Positions 44,413 to 47,372 of a stretch of DNA of 47,372 nucleotides are shown one piece after another. Origin of the DNA: a virus (lineage: Duplodnaviria; Caudoviricetes). The translations under genes and the position numbers were made by a program. The stretch's first letter is position 1; the number at the start of each line of letters is the position of its first letter. The DNA lies in IMG/VR virus record IMGVR_UViG_3300042298_002142, positions 1 to 47,372 of that record. One strand, given 5' to 3'. The notes beneath the pieces were generated by a model. The model had not been told where the DNA came from and did no database searches. It saw nothing but the letters and a program-made list of their open reading frames with translations.

Positions 44413-46461
44413 TTACTTGGTGTAGTAGGGTTGAACTTTACCATCGGCTGCCACGGGCAGACCTTTCGTCCACTCAGGCACATTGGTCATGTGTCCAACC
44501 AATTCTTCGATGGACTGGCTTTCACGAGTGTAGGTGAGAATCTGGTCATGGATCAGCGAGCACACCTCGTAGCCCGCTGCCTCTGATTTGATGATGCCGT
44601 TGTTGAGCAGGTCAGCGCCGACCCCTTCGCAGAAATTCTGGAGCAAAAGACCTCCGTATAGACCGCATCGACCCCAGATAGTTTTGCCGCGAATCTGCCC
44701 CCAGTAGGTGAGAGATTGACGAGTTTTGATCTTGCCGCTTTCCCACGTCTCAATCTCTCCGGTCTTCTTGTTCCGACTGACGGTCTCCTCAATTTTGGGA
44801 TCGCGGTAGGCGAGACGACGACCTGACGGCAGTTTGGCGAACAGATACTTGGTTCCCGCCGTTACCGCGCAAAAGAACTCGACTTTGCCCGCCTGATGGC
44901 GGGAACCAAAATTACTCACGGCGGCTTTGGCCGCACGATCATAGGCGTGCCAGACTTTGACGATGTTCGGATTAGCTTCTCGCCATTGCTCGACCACCTC
45001 CTCCAACTCTTCCTCCTTCACCCCCATGTCGAGAGCACCCATGTCTTTGAGAGCTTCCACTCCGCCCTGGTATTGAAGTGCCAAACTTGCGACCTTACCC
45101 TTCTGTCGGTCTGGGTGATGTTTGCCGTGCTCTTTGGCGTAGTCTAGCATCTCCTGCAAAGGCATCCCAGACATGCGGCATGCGGTCGCCTCGTAAATCT
45201 TGCCGTGAGTGCGGAACACTTCAAGCGTCCACTCCTCGTTCGCCAACCATGCCGCGATACGGGCTTCGATACTGCTGAAGTCCACGTCGAAGATCGGCCC
45301 AGCTTCGTCGTGAATGAAGTGACGGATGCACGAGCCGATGACCTCCAGCAGAGGTCCGTAGAATATTTCGATGTGTGCCTCGCTCGCTCCCGCCATGATG
45401 TCGGCGTAGGCGGCGTCGGTGTTTTTGATCGTGGGGCGTTTGAAGTTCTGCGGCTGAACCAGTCTGCCGGATGCACGACCCGGACCTGCGCCGTAGAATT
45501 GAATGGTGCCGCGCACCCGGCTGTCAGCACACGCACACTCGATCATTGCTTTCACCTTCTTGATGCTGGCAAAGCTGAGAGACTTTTTGATGGTGAGCAC
45601 GCGACCAACCGTCGTGGTGGGGTCAAAGGCTTCATCCTCCAACTGTTCGTCCAGTGTGTCGGCGCGGAGGTTGTCGCCCTCATACCCGTGCTCCTTGAGC
45701 CACTTCAACAGCACGTCACGTTGGGTCGGGTTGAAGCCGGTGAGTTCACGGAACTCCTCGGTCATGCGAGCCTCGTTGGCTTCGATCAGCGTTTGAGCGT
45801 GACGCAGGGCGGGCAGGTTGACCGGCAGACCACGGGAGTTGATGGCGAGGTCAGCCTGGAACGCTGCCAGCGTGTTGCCGGTCAGCTCGAAGTGCTTGAG
45901 AGTTTTGTGGATTCCCTGCTCCGCACGAACGTCTTGGATACAGTAATTGCAGAATGCAATAAAGTCGTCCTGTCGGTCAATGGGTTGAATGAACTTGCCG
46001 GAGGCTTTCTGCGGGATGGAGAACTTGCGGATCAGTGCTTTGCCTTTGCTGTCCTTCTGTTGCAGCAAGCCCAGCGTCTCGGCAGCTTTCTCCAGGGATG
46101 GCGGGATGGCAGCGCGGCGGGACATGGCGGCGGTGCAGCGCCAGCGGCGGTAGTCGATCTTGAACCAACGGTTGTTCGGGCAGTGGTTGGTGATCGCCTG
46201 CTCGAAGTAGGCGTTATGCGCGTACACCGGAGCATCGTTGCGGTTCATCTCGGCAATCAGTTCGTCCACCCCTGGCGACGACCGGCACACGGACATGTCG
46301 TCGAACTCGAACTTGGGATTCACCCACAGCAGCGGACCCTCGCCGTCGCGAGCTATGGCTGCGCACAGGATCTCAGTGGACGGGTCTTCCGCGTACCGAA
46401 AAGCGCCTGTGCGCTTGATGTCCGCCGTTGAGCGTGTCTCGAAATCCAGATGAAAATTCAT
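44413..46461 (-). CDS. Family A DNA polymerase (APSE/SPO2-like) with 3'-5' exonuclease
   Basis: HLDFETRS, AHNAYFE, YCIQDV exo motifs; DFSSIEAR (A), RQKGKVASLALQY (B), IHDQI (C). Confidence 0.93.
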   Translation of the reverse strand: MNFHLDFETRSTADIKRTGAFRYAEDPSTEILCAAIARDGEGPLLWVNPKFEFDDMSVCRSSPGVDELIAEMNRNDAPVYAHNAYFEQAITNHCPNNRWFKIDYRRWRCTAAMSRRAAIPPSLEKAAETLGLLQQKDSKGKALIRKFSIPQKASGKFIQPIDRQDDFIAFCNYCIQDVRAEQGIHKTLKHFELTGNTLAAFQADLAINSRGLPVNLPALRHAQTLIEANEARMTEEFRELTGFNPTQRDVLLKWLKEHGYEGDNLRADTLDEQLEDEAFDPTTTVGRVLTIKKSLSFASIKKVKAMIECACADSRVRGTIQFYGAGPGRASGRLVQPQNFKRPTIKNTDAAYADIMAGASEAHIEIFYGPLLEVIGSCIRHFIHDEAGPIFDVDFSSIEARIAAWLANEEWTLEVFRTHGKIYEATACRMSGMPLQEMLDYAKEHGKHHPDRQKGKVASLALQYQGGVEALKDMGALDMGVKEEELEEVVEQWREANPNIVKVWHAYDRAAKAAVSNFGSRHQAGKVEFFCAVTAGTKYLFAKLPSGRRLAYRDPKIEETVSRNKKTGEIETWESGKIKTRQSLTYWGQIRGKTIWGRCGLYGGLLLQNFCEGVGADLLNNGIIKSEAAGYEVCSLIHDQILTYTRESQSIEELVGHMTNVPEWTKGLPVAADGKVQPYYTK

Positions 46462-46568
46462 AGTGCGGAAAAAGGTGCCAGCGCCAAGGATACCAAGCAG
46501 GCTGGCGGCTACTCCAATAGAAGGGTAAAGAGAAAACCCTCGGTTGCGACTCTCTTGGCTTATCGGAT

Positions 46569-46682
46569 TGGTGACTCAAGTAGGACTCGAACCTACGGTC
46601 TAGGGTTTTACGGATTGCTCCGCGTGTATGAGCCTAGCTTGGAATGCACTCCAATGCGTGCCGCCTTCCACGCTTTTGAGTC
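46569..46682 (-). tRNA. Atypical 114-nt tRNA-like gene (CAU-containing arm plus two extra hairpins)
   Basis: Acceptor GACTCAA/TTGAGTC + A-CCA; T-arm GTAGG-TTCGAGT-CCTAC; D-stem GCGT/ACGC; CTAGG-CTCATA...CCTAG arm. Confidence 0.7.
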
Positions 46683-46689
46683 GAATTGG

Positions 46690-46932
46690 TCAGCAACCCC
46701 ACCGTTTACGCGCAGCCTTGCCGCGTTCGCCGGTCCACCCGCTGGAGCGAGCGCAGAAGCTAGCCTTTCGGCCTTTGTCCGCGTCGGTCTTGGGGCTTGG
46801 TGCTGGCGGCTTCAGGTTGGAGCCGGTAGCCGCGTTGTATTTTGCACGACCCTTGGCGGTGAGTCCTGCACCTTTGGACACAGGCAGCTTTTCGCCTCGT
46901 CCGACACTGAGATTTGGTTTCTTGTCTGGCAT
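46690..46932 (-). CDS. Small basic conserved phage protein (DUF6321-like)
   Basis: GAGLTAKGRAKYN..TGSNLKPP..RKASFCARS.GW...ARKRWGC; ATG at 46932. Confidence 0.7.
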   Translation of the reverse strand: MPDKKPNLSVGRGEKLPVSKGAGLTAKGRAKYNAATGSNLKPPAPSPKTDADKGRKASFCARSSGWTGERGKAARKRWGC

Positions 46933-47059
46933 GATGTTTGGGTGTTGGCGAGCTACCACATTGTCAGCAGGTTGCTCAGTCTCCGTTCGGAAGGTGGAGT
47001 CTTTAGTTCTTGGATTGGGTACCAAGCGATCAAGACGATATAGCCACCTCCAAAATTCT

Positions 47060-47372
47060 TCACATGTCGTCGATGCTAAGATCGGCGGCAGGTTTCTTCG
47101 CAGCCGGTTTGGTGGCTGGCGCGGGTGCGCTCTCGGACTCGTCGTCCAGATCAATACCGGCAAACTCGGACTCGGCGTCCACCGGGGCAGCGCCGAAGGG
47201 TTCGCCGTCAGCATGGAAGATGACCACACGCAGCTCGGCGTTGATGCGCTTGCCGAACTTGTTGTCCATGGCCCAGAGGCGCACAGAAGCGTGGACGTAG
47301 CAACCAGCGTAGGGCTTGCCGTCCTCGGGAGACAGAGGCTCGAACGCCTTGTTGACCACACGAGGTTTGCGG
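47060..47372 (-). CDS. ssDNA-binding protein (DUF2815/T7 gp2.5-like), 5'-truncated by window edge
   Basis: PYAGCYVHASVRLWAMDNKFGKRINAEL..DGEPFG and an acidic tail; next to DNA polymerase. Confidence 0.8.
   Translation of the reverse strand, partial: RKPRVVNKAFEPLSPEDGKPYAGCYVHASVRLWAMDNKFGKRINAELRVVIFHADGEPFGAAPVDAESEFAGIDLDDESESAPAPATKPAAKKPAADLSIDDM

Noticed and set aside
46569-46682. tmRNA or group I intron-containing tRNA
   Set aside because: It has a D-stem, lacks the G3-U70 alanine identity and a tag ORF, and the insert is far too short for a self-splicing intron
46450-47361. Track ORFs 46450..47043 (+) and the long form 46690..47361 (-)
   Set aside because: The first overlaps the tRNA-like gene antisense; the second overlaps SSB in another frame, and only its last 80 codons (from ATG 46932) look like a real protein
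1-47372. Genome-wide TAG-to-Gln recoding (genetic code 15)
   Set aside because: All long genes, including the 10-kb ORF, are intact under the standard code; only one internal TAG was found and no CUA tRNA is seen

Overview
This window is most of the genome of a GC-rich, tailed dsDNA bacteriophage with podovirus-like architecture. No integrase, CRISPR array or rRNA is visible. On the + strand are an early/accessory block (HNH endonuclease, Dam-family methylase, UDG-fold protein, small ORFs) and a long structural operon: portal, scaffold, major capsid, tail/receptor-binding proteins, a lysis block, a collagen fibre, an adaptor, ejection proteins and a 3422-aa polyvalent protein. On the - strand are SSB, a tRNA-like RNA, family A DNA polymerase, VRR-NUC, SNF2 helicase, terminase, a glycosyltransferase/methyltransferase/radical-SAM cluster and a Dps-like gene. 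The most unusual signals are: (1) a shared C-terminal FWG tag on four unrelated DNA-acting proteins; (2) a Tat-signal protein made of two major-capsid-like segments in permuted order; (3) a stand-alone PAS sensor and a Cys-protease-like gene inside the lysis block; (4) a 114-nt tRNA-like gene with two extra hairpins; (5) a repeat-flanked phosphothreonine-lyase-like cassette, a zincin and an ART domain in the giant virion protein; (6) a 14-aa motif shared by both ends of the scaffold and a small post-capsid protein. All functional calls come from motif recognition by eye; no database searches were run.
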